A DNA stretch of 15,351 bases. It comes from Octopus sinensis (taxonomy: Eukaryota). Made by a program: the position numbers and the translations under genes. The stretch lies in contig NW_021825495.1 of NCBI RefSeq assembly GCF_006345805.1, forward strand, positions 1-15,351, in the 5' to 3' direction. Of the stretch, positions 1 to 10,853 are shown piece after piece. The notes beneath the pieces are model-generated. The model was not told where the DNA came from and searched no databases. It saw only the letters and a program-made list of their open reading frames with translations. Each line of letters opens with the position of its first letter. The stretch's first letter is position 1.

Positions 1-54
1 CACCCATCCTATAGATTAGATATTACATCAACGTCATTATTATCATGCTGTTGG

Positions 55-62
55 AGATAGAC

Positions 63-113
<51 letters not shown>

Positions 114-197
114 TTACCAAACCACCACACCACCACCACCAGCACCACCACCACCACGTATATTACTTTTAATCAGACACACACACACACACACACA
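55..197. repeat. Compound microsatellites (GATA)n(GA)n, (CCA)n, (CA)n
   Basis: Direct reading. Confidence 0.9.
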
Positions 198-204
198 TTA
201 TCAC

Positions 205-720
205 CACCTCCCGCTTCTCCCTATCCTCTTTCTTCTCCTCTTTCTTCCCTCTTCCTTGTCCTTTCACTCGTCCTTCTTCTCGTCCCCCTCCGCTTCTTCC
301 TCCACGTCTTTCTCCTTCTACTCTTCGTCGTCCCCTCTTCCTCTCCCACATTCTTCTCCCCATCTTCTTCTAACCTCCTCCTTCTCATCCTCCTTCTTTT
401 CCTCCACGTCCTCCCCCTCCTACTACTCCTCTTCCTCAACGTCCCCCCTTTTCCCTCTTCCTTCATCCTCCACGTTCTCCTCCTCCTCTTCCTCAACGTC
501 CTCCCTTTTCCCTCTTCCTCTTCCTCCACGTCCTCCTCCTCCTCCTCTTCCTCCGCGTCCTCCTCCTTCTCGTCTTCATCGTCCTCTCCAACCCGTCCTC
601 TTCCTCGTCGTCCTTCTCGTCCTCTTCCCCTTCCTCTTCCTCGTCCTCATCCTCCTCATCCTCCTCATCTAACTCATCTTCCTCCTCCTCCTCCTCCTCC
701 TCTTCATCATCATCATCATG
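205..720. repeat. Polypyrimidine (TCC/TCT/TCA) low-complexity tract with internal 57-bp duplication (431 vs 488)
   Basis: CTTCCTCAACGTCC-CCTTTTCCCTCTTCCT recurs at 431 and 488. Confidence 0.85.
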
Positions 721-1793
721 ATCATCATCATCATTAACACCAACAGCATTAGCAACGGCTCTAACGACCTTCTCCACTCACCATCATCGCCAAAACTTCC
801 AGCAATCGCCAGCGTCAACGTCATCACCAAACTGCTAATAAAACCACGGACCATCAACAAAACCATCACCACCACCACAAACACCACCACCGCCGCCGCT
901 ACCACTGCCAACGCCGCCGCCAATTGTATAACCAGCGCAGTTACATTCAGCTCCACCACAACCACAACGAATACTACAATCACCACCATCGCCACCACCT
1001 CTAAGGCAAAACCACCATCATCATTATCACAACCACCATTATCATCACCACCACCACCAAACACCACCATCACCACCACCACTACCTCTAAGACAAATCC
1101 ATCATCATCGTTATCACTACCACCACTACAACCATCACCACAACTAGAACCACCATCACCACCACCATCATTACTGCTTCTATTACTTTCAACTCTATTA
1201 CCGCCTATGGTACCTCGACCGCCATCACCACCACTACCACTACAACAATAACAACAACTACAACTAGAACCACCACCACAACAGCTACACCCAAAACCCC
1301 CACCCCCACCACCACCCGTTCCATCGCCATTATTTTATATTCCAATATTTATTCTGTACCTTTGACCCAATTCTCTTTTGTCTTGATTTCATTGGAATAT
1401 ATCATAGAATCTCTACCGTCGCCTCAACCACTGCTTTTATATCACCACCGTAACACCACTACACGGCTATACTAGCACAGCCACATCACCGCACAGCCAT
1501 ATTGTCATACTACTGGCACAACGCAACGTTATGGAAGCAATCGTAATACATTGCTACCACACAGCGATCGCACGACCACGCAACACTTCATCATACCACA
1601 CTACTAGTACTACTGCCAACACTGCAATGCATTCGAATGCATCATAGCACTACAAACTACCACTGCACCACAGCGGCAACGCTACTACTACTACTACTAC
1701 TACCACCACATTCACTACTACAATCCACCACCACCACCACCACCATTAACACTACTACCACCATCTCCACTTCTACTACTACTACTGCTGCTG

Positions 1794-1831
<38 letters not shown>

Positions 1832-1964
1832 GCTGCTGCTACTACTACTACTACTGCTACTAATCCAACTACTACTACTACAACTACTACTACTACTACT
1901 ATTAATACTACTAATACTACTTTTACTACTACTGCTACTACTAATACTAATTTTACTACTGCTG

Positions 1965-1997
<33 letters not shown>

Positions 1998-1998
1998 T

Positions 1999-2045
<47 letters not shown>

Positions 2046-2700
2046 AAAAGTTCTACCACACGACAACTACGTCACCACTAATGTACTACCACCAACACTA
2101 CAATACATCCTAGCATCAAAAGCTAGCACCTCACTGCAGCCTTGGCACCACTAATATTACTACCACCAACACCATTATACATTAACATACTTCATACCAC
2201 CACACAACTGCCACTGCAACGCCAATATCACAGACACTGCCGCCAATACTATACTGCATTAGAATATATAGCATTTAAAACTACCGCGGCGCCACCACTG
2301 CCACGGCACCGCCACTACCACATCGCCACAACTAACACCTTGACCATTCTCGCACGTTACATTTATGATTTACTTCCTATCAACACTAGCACACCACTAG
2401 CGCACTACTCCCTATACTGTTTATATCACTACCACAATACCACTACAGTGCTGATGACAATGATACAATCCACCCCCAACCACCACAGACTTCTACAACC
2501 ACCACGACCTCTTCCTATACTATATATAACGGAATACATCATATATATAACATCACCTCGCTTAACACTCCACACCACAGGGCCAGTATGATCGCAGCAC
2601 AACCGATATGAACACCACCACCATCGCCAGCACTGGTACCACATTACTACAGCCAACACACCACCAGGGTCTCATCTACACCACATCATGCCACAACCCA
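720..2700. repeat. Degenerate ACN-triplet low-complexity region including a near-pure (ACT)n array (~1683-2045)
   Basis: Direct reading. It produces the poly-Thr/Pro/Ser pseudo-ORFs in the track. Confidence 0.85.
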
Positions 2701-2789
2701 ACACGTTTTGTTTTATTTACTGTTCACGCAAGAATGTCTTTCTTTTAAACCAACAACCCAATGGTGAACAAGCACGCACATAATTTGGT

Positions 2790-3124
2790 AAACGTATATA
2801 TACATACGTACATATATATATATATATGCATACGTACATGCATACAACGTACGTACAACTGTTCACTCACACACACACACACACACAAACATATATATAT
2901 GTGTGTATGTGTGGATATATCGTACATCATAAGAATCTTCTCGGCATATCAATGCACAAACGCACACATACACACATACACAAACTTAGACACATACATA
3001 TATGTATGTATATCTATATATGTATAGATATATTTAAAGCTTTGGCGCCCGATATATATATATATAATGTATATATATATATAATTTATATATATATATA
3101 CATATATAATTTATATATATATTT

Positions 3125-3190
<66 letters not shown>

Positions 3191-3680
3191 GTATATATAC
3201 GTATATATGTATATATATTGATGTATGTTTACACCAGTGTACAGCTAAAACACGCTTAAACGTCATATCATAGACAAAATGTATAACGCATAATTGTTAA
3301 AGATGCATGGATAGATTCATTACCTACAAGTGTTTATATACGCATACATACATATATATATATATATATAGACGTATACACACATGCAATGCACACACAG
3401 ACGCACATACATACATGCATACATGCATACATACATGCACATATATATATGGACATTGCTATATATAATATATATAATATATTATATAGTATATATATAT
3501 ATATATATATAATTATATATAGATGGATGTATATATGTATTATATATGTATATTATTATATATATATATATATATGTTTATGTATGTACGTCTAGCATTA
3601 CGGATTTATTAGAGAATAAATGATATGCGTGTATTCATTCATCATTTATTATTTACACACACACACACACACACACATCC
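2790..3680. repeat. Compound (TA)n/(CA)n/(TACA)n microsatellites
   Basis: Direct reading. Confidence 0.9.
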
Positions 3681-3704
3681 ACACACACGTACTTACGTGT
3701 GTGA

Positions 3705-3827
3705 ACGAAGAAGAAAGAAAGGACAAAGAAAAGAGAATACGAGGGAGGAAGAAGGAAATATAAAGAGAAAGATGAGAGATAAATAGTAGGAAAAAGAGAG
3801 AAAGTTAAAGATAAAGTAATAGATAAC

Positions 3828-3883
<56 letters not shown>

Positions 3884-3960
3884 TAAACATAGAAACTGAA
3901 AGTGAAAGTACGAGAGAACTTGAGATAGTGGAAACGGAAGTGAAGCGACAAAAAGAAAGA
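3705..3960. repeat. Purine-rich tract with (GA)n core
   Basis: Direct reading. Confidence 0.85.
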
Positions 3961-4359
3961 TAACTCTTCATAAATCTACATGCAACTTTGTGTGCACTGA
4001 TTTATTGAGAACTCGTTAGAGATGGACACAAATTCCCCGTCATGCAATTCAACGAACGCATCGCGTTTGTCTCTAGGAATTCTTTTACTTAGAAATAAGA
4101 CACGTTTTCGAAAGTTTCCGAAACCTACCGAAAGCGCCTTAGCCAAAAACTGTTCCTCCCATCTTTACCCCCAGCTGAACTCAACCCGAAACAGCTATGC
4201 ACTATATTTCCATCACATGACTTAACGCTTCGATGGTCTTTCTCATCACTCAGTCTTCTTCGACTACCCTCTAGCTTGGCAGCTTGGTCAGCGTAAAAGA
4301 GTTCTTATACTTGGCCAAATGTCGAACTAACTGGCTGACCAGACAGAATAGATGTCACC

Positions 4360-4675
4360 CATGTATGTATGTATCTATGTATGTATGTATGTTTGTATGT
4401 ATGTATGAATGTATGCGTTTATCAATCTATATATCTATCTATATATCTATCTGTCAGCCAGTCAGTCAGTCTGTCTGTTTATCGAAGTAGACAAATAGAT
4501 AGATAGACACACAAACACACAGACAGATAGATGGATATATATATATAATATATATATATATATAGATAAATAGATAGATAGAGAAATAAGTAGTTAGACA
4601 GAAAGCCAGCTAGCTAGCTAGAGAGATATGTAGCTACTTACATCGGAAGACAGACAGACAGGCTGACAGGCAGAC

Positions 4676-4745
<70 letters not shown>

Positions 4746-5045
4746 ATAGATAGACAGATAGATAGACTGATTGATAGATAAATAGATAGATAGATAGATT
4801 CATACACAGTCACATAAATGTTTTATGTGCGTATGTATGTATACGCTAAATATATGCACTTGTATATATAAGTGGATACATATATATATAAAGTGTATAT
4901 GTATATATGTGTATATATATATGTGTGTGTGTGTTTGCATGTATGTGTGTGTGTATGAATGTAAGCATCTAGGCATGTATAAATATATTTTATGTACACT
5001 TGAATACATGCGCATATTTGTATATAGACGTGTATATGTGTGTGG
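4360..5045. repeat. Compound (TATG)n, (TCTA/TCAG)n, (GATA)n and (TA/TG)n arrays
   Basis: Direct reading; near-perfect (GATA)n at ~4675-4744. Confidence 0.9.
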
Positions 5046-5331
5046 ATGTGCATTTCCTCTGTGTAGTTTGTCATGACAGTAGATCAGCTAGTCACGTGTT
5101 CAAGTGCAGATCATGACTGATTGAACCAAAACAAAACAGCCATTTCTCAAACGTTCCCTAGAGTACGTCGTCTACATTAGCATAGAACTAAACACCTACC
5201 TAATCACGTCAGTGGTGGTGGCTACGATTCTGGCGGTGGTGGTGGTGGTGGTGTGGTGATGGCAGAGTGGTTGGAGTGGTGGAGATAGTGCTGATGGTTT
5301 TGGTGGCAGTGCTACGGGTAGTGATGTTTGT

Positions 5332-5760
5332 GTCCGCGTTGGAGGTGCTGGAAGTAGCTATGATGGAGATGTTACATTTTGCTATGGTAAATTTATAGCA
5401 GTGACTATGGTGGAGGTATTGTTAGCGGCTTTGGAGGAGGCGTTAATACTGGTTATGGTGAAAGTACTGGTTTCGTCTACGATGGAGGTGTTGCTAGTGA
5501 CTATGGTGAAGGTGTTGATGGTGGGTATGGTGGAGGTGTTATTAGTAGCTATAGTCGAGTTGTTGTGAGTGGCTATGGTGGAGATGTTGGCAGTGACCAC
5601 AGTGGAGGTGTTAATGATGGTGTTGAGAGATGTTATGGTAGACATGTTGGCGGTGACCATAAACTGGAGGCGTTGGTAGCGGCTATGGTGGCGGTGTTGG
5701 TGGTGACTACGGTAGAGGTGTTAATGGTGGGTATGGTGGAGATGTTGAAAGTTGCTATGT
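5332..5760. repeat. Degenerate 24-bp minisatellite, about 16-17 units, consensus ~GRCTATGGTGGAGGTGTTRRTAGT
   Basis: Nine consecutive exact 24-bp-register units from 5403 to 5618, with further units at 5332, 5356, 5631, 5681, 5705 and 5729. Register breaks near 5380-5402, 5619-5630 and 5655-5680. Confidence 0.85.
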
Positions 5761-5768
5761 ATATATAA

Positions 5769-5818
<50 letters not shown>
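5757..5818. repeat. (TA)n
   Basis: Direct reading. Confidence 0.9.
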
Positions 5819-5822
<4 letters not shown>

Positions 5823-5937
5823 TTCAGATGAATATGGTACTTAAGTTGAAGCAGTACAATTGGTACGGTATTATCCATAGAATTTCAAAGTAAGGCGATT
5901 AAAATCAAAATAAGCAACAAGGATATCCAGAGGTAAT

Positions 5938-6022
5938 GCAGTACGATCGTTTCATGCAGCTCCATTGAATTGAACAATGCATCCATTACTTTAATTTAAA
6001 ATGCAGATCACTCTTCAGCTGC
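5938..6022 (-). ncRNA. Candidate type I hammerhead ribozyme (PLE-like, palindromic helix III)
   Basis: Minus strand: GCAG-CUGAAGA-[58 nt, closing GUG/CAU]-GAAAC-GAUC-GU-A-CUGC. All invariant core residues are present, helix I is GCAG/CUGC, helix III is the palindrome ACGAUCGU, and the cleavage triplet is GUA (C17-position A at +5942). Helix II is weak and long. Confidence 0.55.
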
Positions 6023-6060
6023 CCAAAGACATAGAATTGAATTAACTTAAATTAGAACAC

Positions 6061-6172
6061 ATATGTATATATATGTATGCATGTATGTATGTATGTATGT
6101 ATGTATGAATGTATGTATGTATGTATGTATGTATGTATGTATGTATGTATATATGTACGTATGTAGTATGTA
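6061..6172. repeat. (TATG)n
   Basis: Direct reading. Confidence 0.9.
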
Positions 6173-6402
6173 TATACTTTCTTGGAAGAGGATGCGTGGC
6201 GTTTAATCATATAATAATATAAATAATATATATGCATATGTGGGCACAGAACGCGTACAACAAAACACATACGCGAGTAGGAGTAGATGGAATATGAACT
6301 ACTTTTCGAGCAACGAAAGACACAAATGGAAAACAAAACAAACAACATAAAAAAAACGACCCTTCATCATTTGTTGGGTGTTTTTCTAGTCTCATATTAT
6401 AT

Positions 6403-6490
6403 AAGCTACGCGACATATGGCGGGAAAACTCCAGTGTTTTTAATTCTGTTTGAAAACACTAGCGTGTTCCCGCCATATATCGCGTAACTT
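6403..6490 (-). other. 38-bp inverted repeat with 12-nt loop (pre-miRNA-like hairpin or tiny foldback element)
   Basis: Arms 6403-6440 and 6453-6490 are reverse complements at 33/38 positions. Three of the 5 differences become G:U pairs on the minus strand (36/38 paired). Each arm contains TGGCGGGAA/TTCCCGCCA. Confidence 0.85.
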
Positions 6491-6714
6491 TTTTAGTATA
6501 TTTCTATTACGATAATTTATATGTGTCCATATATATGTGTCCATATATGTATACGTACAAGGTGATTGTGTAAGAACTGTATGTATGAAGATCCCAAGTT
6601 CATCAGCAAACAGTCACACTTAGAAATAAATGAGAGATAAATGTATGCATTGCATAAAACGAACGGTTACAGAAACAAAATTATACGCACATCTTATGTA
6701 TATGCACGTACCAC

Positions 6715-6754
6715 ACACAGACACACACAAACACATAAACACGTGCACACACAA

Positions 6755-6792
<38 letters not shown>

Positions 6793-6914
6793 CTATTATA
6801 TATCTATATATATATCTATATGAAGTATATATTGCGTGCTTGCTCGGATGTGGGCGTGTGTGTTGGTTATTTGTATTTGTGAGCTGTTATAGATTTTGTG
6901 TAATATATTTAAGC

Positions 6915-6970
<56 letters not shown>

Positions 6971-6985
6971 ATCTATCTATCTGTA
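6715..6985. repeat. (CA)n(TA)n and (TCTA)n arrays
   Basis: Direct reading; (TCTA)n at ~6916-6985. Confidence 0.85.
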
Positions 6986-7040
6986 TCTGTACGTGTTTAG
7001 GTGTGTGTATGTGTGTGTGAGTGCGCGGGCGTACACATAC

Positions 7041-7240
<200 letters not shown>

Positions 7241-7339
7241 TATATGCAGGTGTGTGAGAGTGTATATAAGAATATAAAGAAGACTCAAGAAACAGGTAGA
7301 TCGATAATGATCCTGTATATGTGTTGCATTAGAATAAGC

Positions 7340-8250
7340 ATATATATATACATATATATATAAATATAAATATATATATTAGGTATATATATTTATATAG
7401 ATTATAATATATATATATAGATAGAAGAGAGAGAGAGTGAGAGAGAGAGAGTGAGAGAGATGAGAGGAGAGAGAGAGAGAGTAGGGGGTTAAAACGATGC
7501 ATAAATGATGGTCTTTACATATCTGCATGAATGTATATGTCTGTCTATCTATCTATCTTTCTATCTATATATCTATCTATCTATCTATCTATCTATCTGT
7601 CTGTCTATCTATCTATCTATACATTACCGTTTGATCCAGCATCATGTATGTTGCGTGTTTGAGCAGATGAAAGATTACATTGTATAAAATAACAATTCCA
7701 TGGCACTACGGCGCCACTACCGCCACCACCAACTCCAGCACCACTACGAGATTATTCTTCTGCTACCACCACCTCAACATTTTCATCACCGCCGCCACCG
7801 CTACCACCATCACCCCCACCCACCCCACCACACCACCACCACCACCACCATTATTACTACCACAACTATTTGCAAGATCCATAACCTCACTCACCGAAAT
7901 ATCATGATCACCATCACCATTATCATTACCATTGCTGTTATATTTTTACTATTATTGCCTGCATCACGACAACGACGATGACGACGACGACGACGACGAC
8001 CACCACCACCACCACCAGCAACGACTACTACTACAACTATTTTACCAGCGTCTGGAACACCATGACTCGCACTACCTCCACTGTCATAACTACCATTAAT
8101 CGCACCACCAGTAACACTACACCAATTACTAACACAATAAAAAACACCACTATTGTCGCCTCCAACATTATTCATCTTATCGGTACCACCAGTGCCTCCA
8201 CTTTCACTTTCACAATCACCGTCACTGCTAATATTGCCATTACATGACCA
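7340..8250. repeat. (TA)n, (GA)n, (TCTA)n and degenerate ACN-triplet tracts
   Basis: Direct reading. Confidence 0.85.
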
Positions 8251-8279
8251 CAGTAACCATTAATGTTGAATTCAACTAT

Positions 8280-8418
8280 GGCACAAAGCCAGCAATTTCG
8301 GGTGGTGTGGATAGATGTAAGTCAATTACATCTTCCCACCCCATTATTCAACTGGTACTTATTTTATCGATCTCGAAAAGATAGAAAGCAAAAGCGACGT
8401 CGGAGGAATTTGAACTCA
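8280..8418 (-). mobile_element. Octopus-type tRNA-derived SINE fragment
   Basis: Minus strand reads TGAGTTCAAATTCCTCCGACGTCGCTTTTGCTTTCTATCTTTTCGAGATCGATAAAATAAGTACCAGTT..., with a B-box-like GAGTTCAAATTCC (8405-8417). It matches my recollection of an abundant Octopus SINE (GAGTTCAAATTCCGCCGAGGTCGACTTTGCCTTTCATCCTTTCGGGGTCGATAAAATAAGTACCAGT). Needs Dfam/Repbase confirmation. Confidence 0.8.
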
Positions 8419-8574
8419 TTTTAATGAATTTTAATTACCTTTTTTCTGATGATATCTGAAAGAAACAGCTATTTTAGCAAAACATATTAAGCAACACTAA
8501 TAATAAATCAAAAATCATAAAAATAAACAAGCTTTTGACGGTTTTATGGATATTTCAAAAGTATGATACTATGA

Positions 8575-10500
8575 TGCGAGGTGTTACCATTGTTTTGTTC
8601 GACCACTGCGACCTCACATCCCAGGTCTTACTGTCATACTCAAATTCGGTATGTGACACACTAATTGTATACATAAGACAACATAATATAGTCAAATGCA
8701 ATATATATTGCCCACTGGATGCCCTACACCACATAAGCAAGTTTGAAATTGCCTCACAAGAATTAAAGAAATCCTCATGAATCTGGAACACCACGTGACC
8801 ATATTTCTTATGGGTGATTTCAACTTCCCCAACGTCAAATGGTCTCATACTCTCAGGAATGACTCATTGCAAGCTAACACAGGTGGAGCTCAACCTCAGC
8901 AATACCCTATTCATTGAGCAAGCTGTACTCACACCAACTAAAGCTAACAACATTCTGGATGTCTGCTTCACGAACAATATGGACATCATTCATGATGGGA
9001 AAGTGACACCGACATTAGTCTCGGATCACAACATAATAGAGCTGTCTATGTTTGGGCCGAAAGTAACCAGAGACATACAGCATAAAGGAAGCACCCGAAA
9101 TCTCTCCAATCTGAACTTCCACAAAGCAGATTGGAAATCGATCCAAAAAGAGATCTTCAGAGAGAACTGGCTGAAATGTCTCTCCACAGCAGACATTGAC
9201 ATGAAGCTAGAATGTTTCACATGTCTTCTGTGCAAGCCATATGCCAGAAATAGGTCCCAGAGCACAAGTCCAAAACAAATAGGAGCAAGATTCCAAGAGA
9301 GAGGAAGATCCTCATGAGACGTCGGACGAAGGTTGCAAATCGACTCAACCAACATCCCAAAAGTAGCGAAACGTCCCGCTTGAAAACAACACTGATGGAA
9401 ATCGAAAAAAGGCTGCAACAATCCTATGTGAGGGAGAAAGCAAACAAAGAAACCTGGGTTATATAAAACATTAAGTCAAACCCAAAGGCCTTTTTTCATT
9501 ATGCGAAAGAAACAGCCTCAAGACACTGCAAGATAGGACCCCTCCTTCCAAAAGGATGGCTCCCTCACAGAGAGTCCAACTAAGATCAGTGAGATACTGA
9601 ATGACCAGTTCAAAAGTGTCTTTACCACCCCGTTAGAAAACAGACAACTGAATGAACCAGTGGACTTCTTCGCCGCCTCACCTATAACCAGCGAGGCAGT
9701 TACAATAGAATACATTGACATTAGTGAAGGAGATATACTACTAGCCATAGATGAAGTGGGTACAAACTCAACTGCTGGACCTGATGGTTTCCCAGCAATC
9801 CTCCTCAAAGCGTGTAAGCATACCCTGGCAAAACCCCTCAAGATTCTCTTCCAGAGCTTTCTTACAAATGGCAAACTGCCAAGCAAGCTGAAGGAGGGTA
9901 TAATATGCCCAATACATGAAGTGGGAAGTAGAGAAGAAGCCAAAAACTATAAACCTATCTCTCTGACTTCACACACCAGCAAAGTCATGGAACTGTTAGT
10001 TAGAGGGAAACTAATCGCATTCCTTGAAGAGTGATACTCAGCATGGTTTTCGACTAGGTAGGAGCTGCCTGACCCAGCTCTTACAACATTATGACTGAGT
10101 GTTGATGCAGTTACCCAACAAATCAAATGTGGACGTAATCTACCTTGATTTTGCAAAAGCTTTTGACAAGGTGGATCATGGTATGATATGCCACAAACTG
10201 CGTGACCTTGGCATAGCTGGAAAATTTGGAGAGTGGTTATATGACTTCCTGAAAGTTAGGAATCAGGCAGTAGCGGTTAATGGAGCTACCTCTATGAACA
10301 CACAAATAGTGAGCGGTGTTCCACAGGGCACCGTCTTGGGACCATTGCTTTTTATAGTGGCCCTCGCAGATATGCCCTCAAATGCCCGGATAGTCACTCT
10401 GGCAGGCTATGCAGATGATACGAAAGTCCCGCAAAAAATACAGAACCCCAGCGATGATGCACACCTGCAGCAGGAGTTGGACTCAATTCACAGATGGGCT
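8575..10500 (+). mobile_element. Decayed non-LTR retrotransposon (LINE) ORF2 of the CR1/L2/Jockey group, APE endonuclease + reverse transcriptase; truncated
   Basis: Manual translation across frameshifts. APE motifs: SNSVCDTLIV..NIYCP, MGDFNFP (GDFN 8813-8824), PTKANNILDVCFTN, SDH (9021-9029). Linker: NFHKADW, IKSNPKAFFHYAK, IGPL, EILNDQFKSVFT. RT motifs: GPDGFP, NYKPISLTS, QHGFR (10039-10053), VIYLDFAKAFDKVDH (DFAKAFD 10147-10167), SGVPQGTVLGPLLF (GVPQG 10315-10329), YADDTK (YADD 10408-10419). At least 5 frame changes and 3 in-frame stops. Homology stops at 10500 (..DSIHRWA) and runs into (TA)n. Exact clade is not resolvable by eye. Confidence 0.95.
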
Positions 10501-10551
10501 GTATATATAACATATATATACACACACATATATATACATATATATGCATAC

Positions 10552-10598
<47 letters not shown>

Positions 10599-10609
10599 CA
10601 TAATTGTAT

Positions 10610-10660
<51 letters not shown>

Positions 10661-10853
10661 TATATATAATATTCTATAATTATGTATATAATTATAGAAT
10701 ATTTTGTATAATTCACCTAAATATTTTTTAACGTACTGACTACTTGGTAAAATTATTAATTATTAATTTATTAATTTTACCCTATATATATAGATATATA
10801 TAGATATAATAACAATGACAACAACAACAACAACAATAATAATAATAATAATA
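10501..10853. repeat. (TA)n/(CA)n, AT-rich spacer and (AAC)n(AAT)n between the LINE and PLE remnants
   Basis: Direct reading. Confidence 0.85.

Noticed and set aside
1627-1642. 16-bp perfect palindrome ATGCATTCGAATGCAT
   Set aside because: An 8-bp-arm palindrome is not unexpected by chance in 15 kb, and there is no supporting context.
169-2591. Long poly-Ser/Thr/Glu/Arg ORFs (e.g. 718-1251, 1637-2113, 493-777)
   Set aside because: Translations of triplet and polypyrimidine repeats, open in several frames and on both strands, with no domain motifs or splice context.
3681-3702. CACACACGTA-CT-TACGTGTGTG hairpin containing a minus-strand GTAAGT donor
   Set aside because: By-product of a (CA)n/(TG)n junction; the upstream minus sequence is a pyrimidine repeat, not a plausible exon.
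4174-4200. CTGAACT...CGAAACAGCTATG hammerhead-like or M13-primer-like string
   Set aside because: CUGANGA core is broken and helix I is absent; the 12-nt resemblance to the M13 reverse primer has no flanking vector sequence.
10099-10731. 210-aa ORF as an intact reverse transcriptase gene
   Set aside because: Only the first ~134 codons are RT. The rest is (TA)n/(CA)n read-through, and upstream parts are disrupted by stops and frameshifts.
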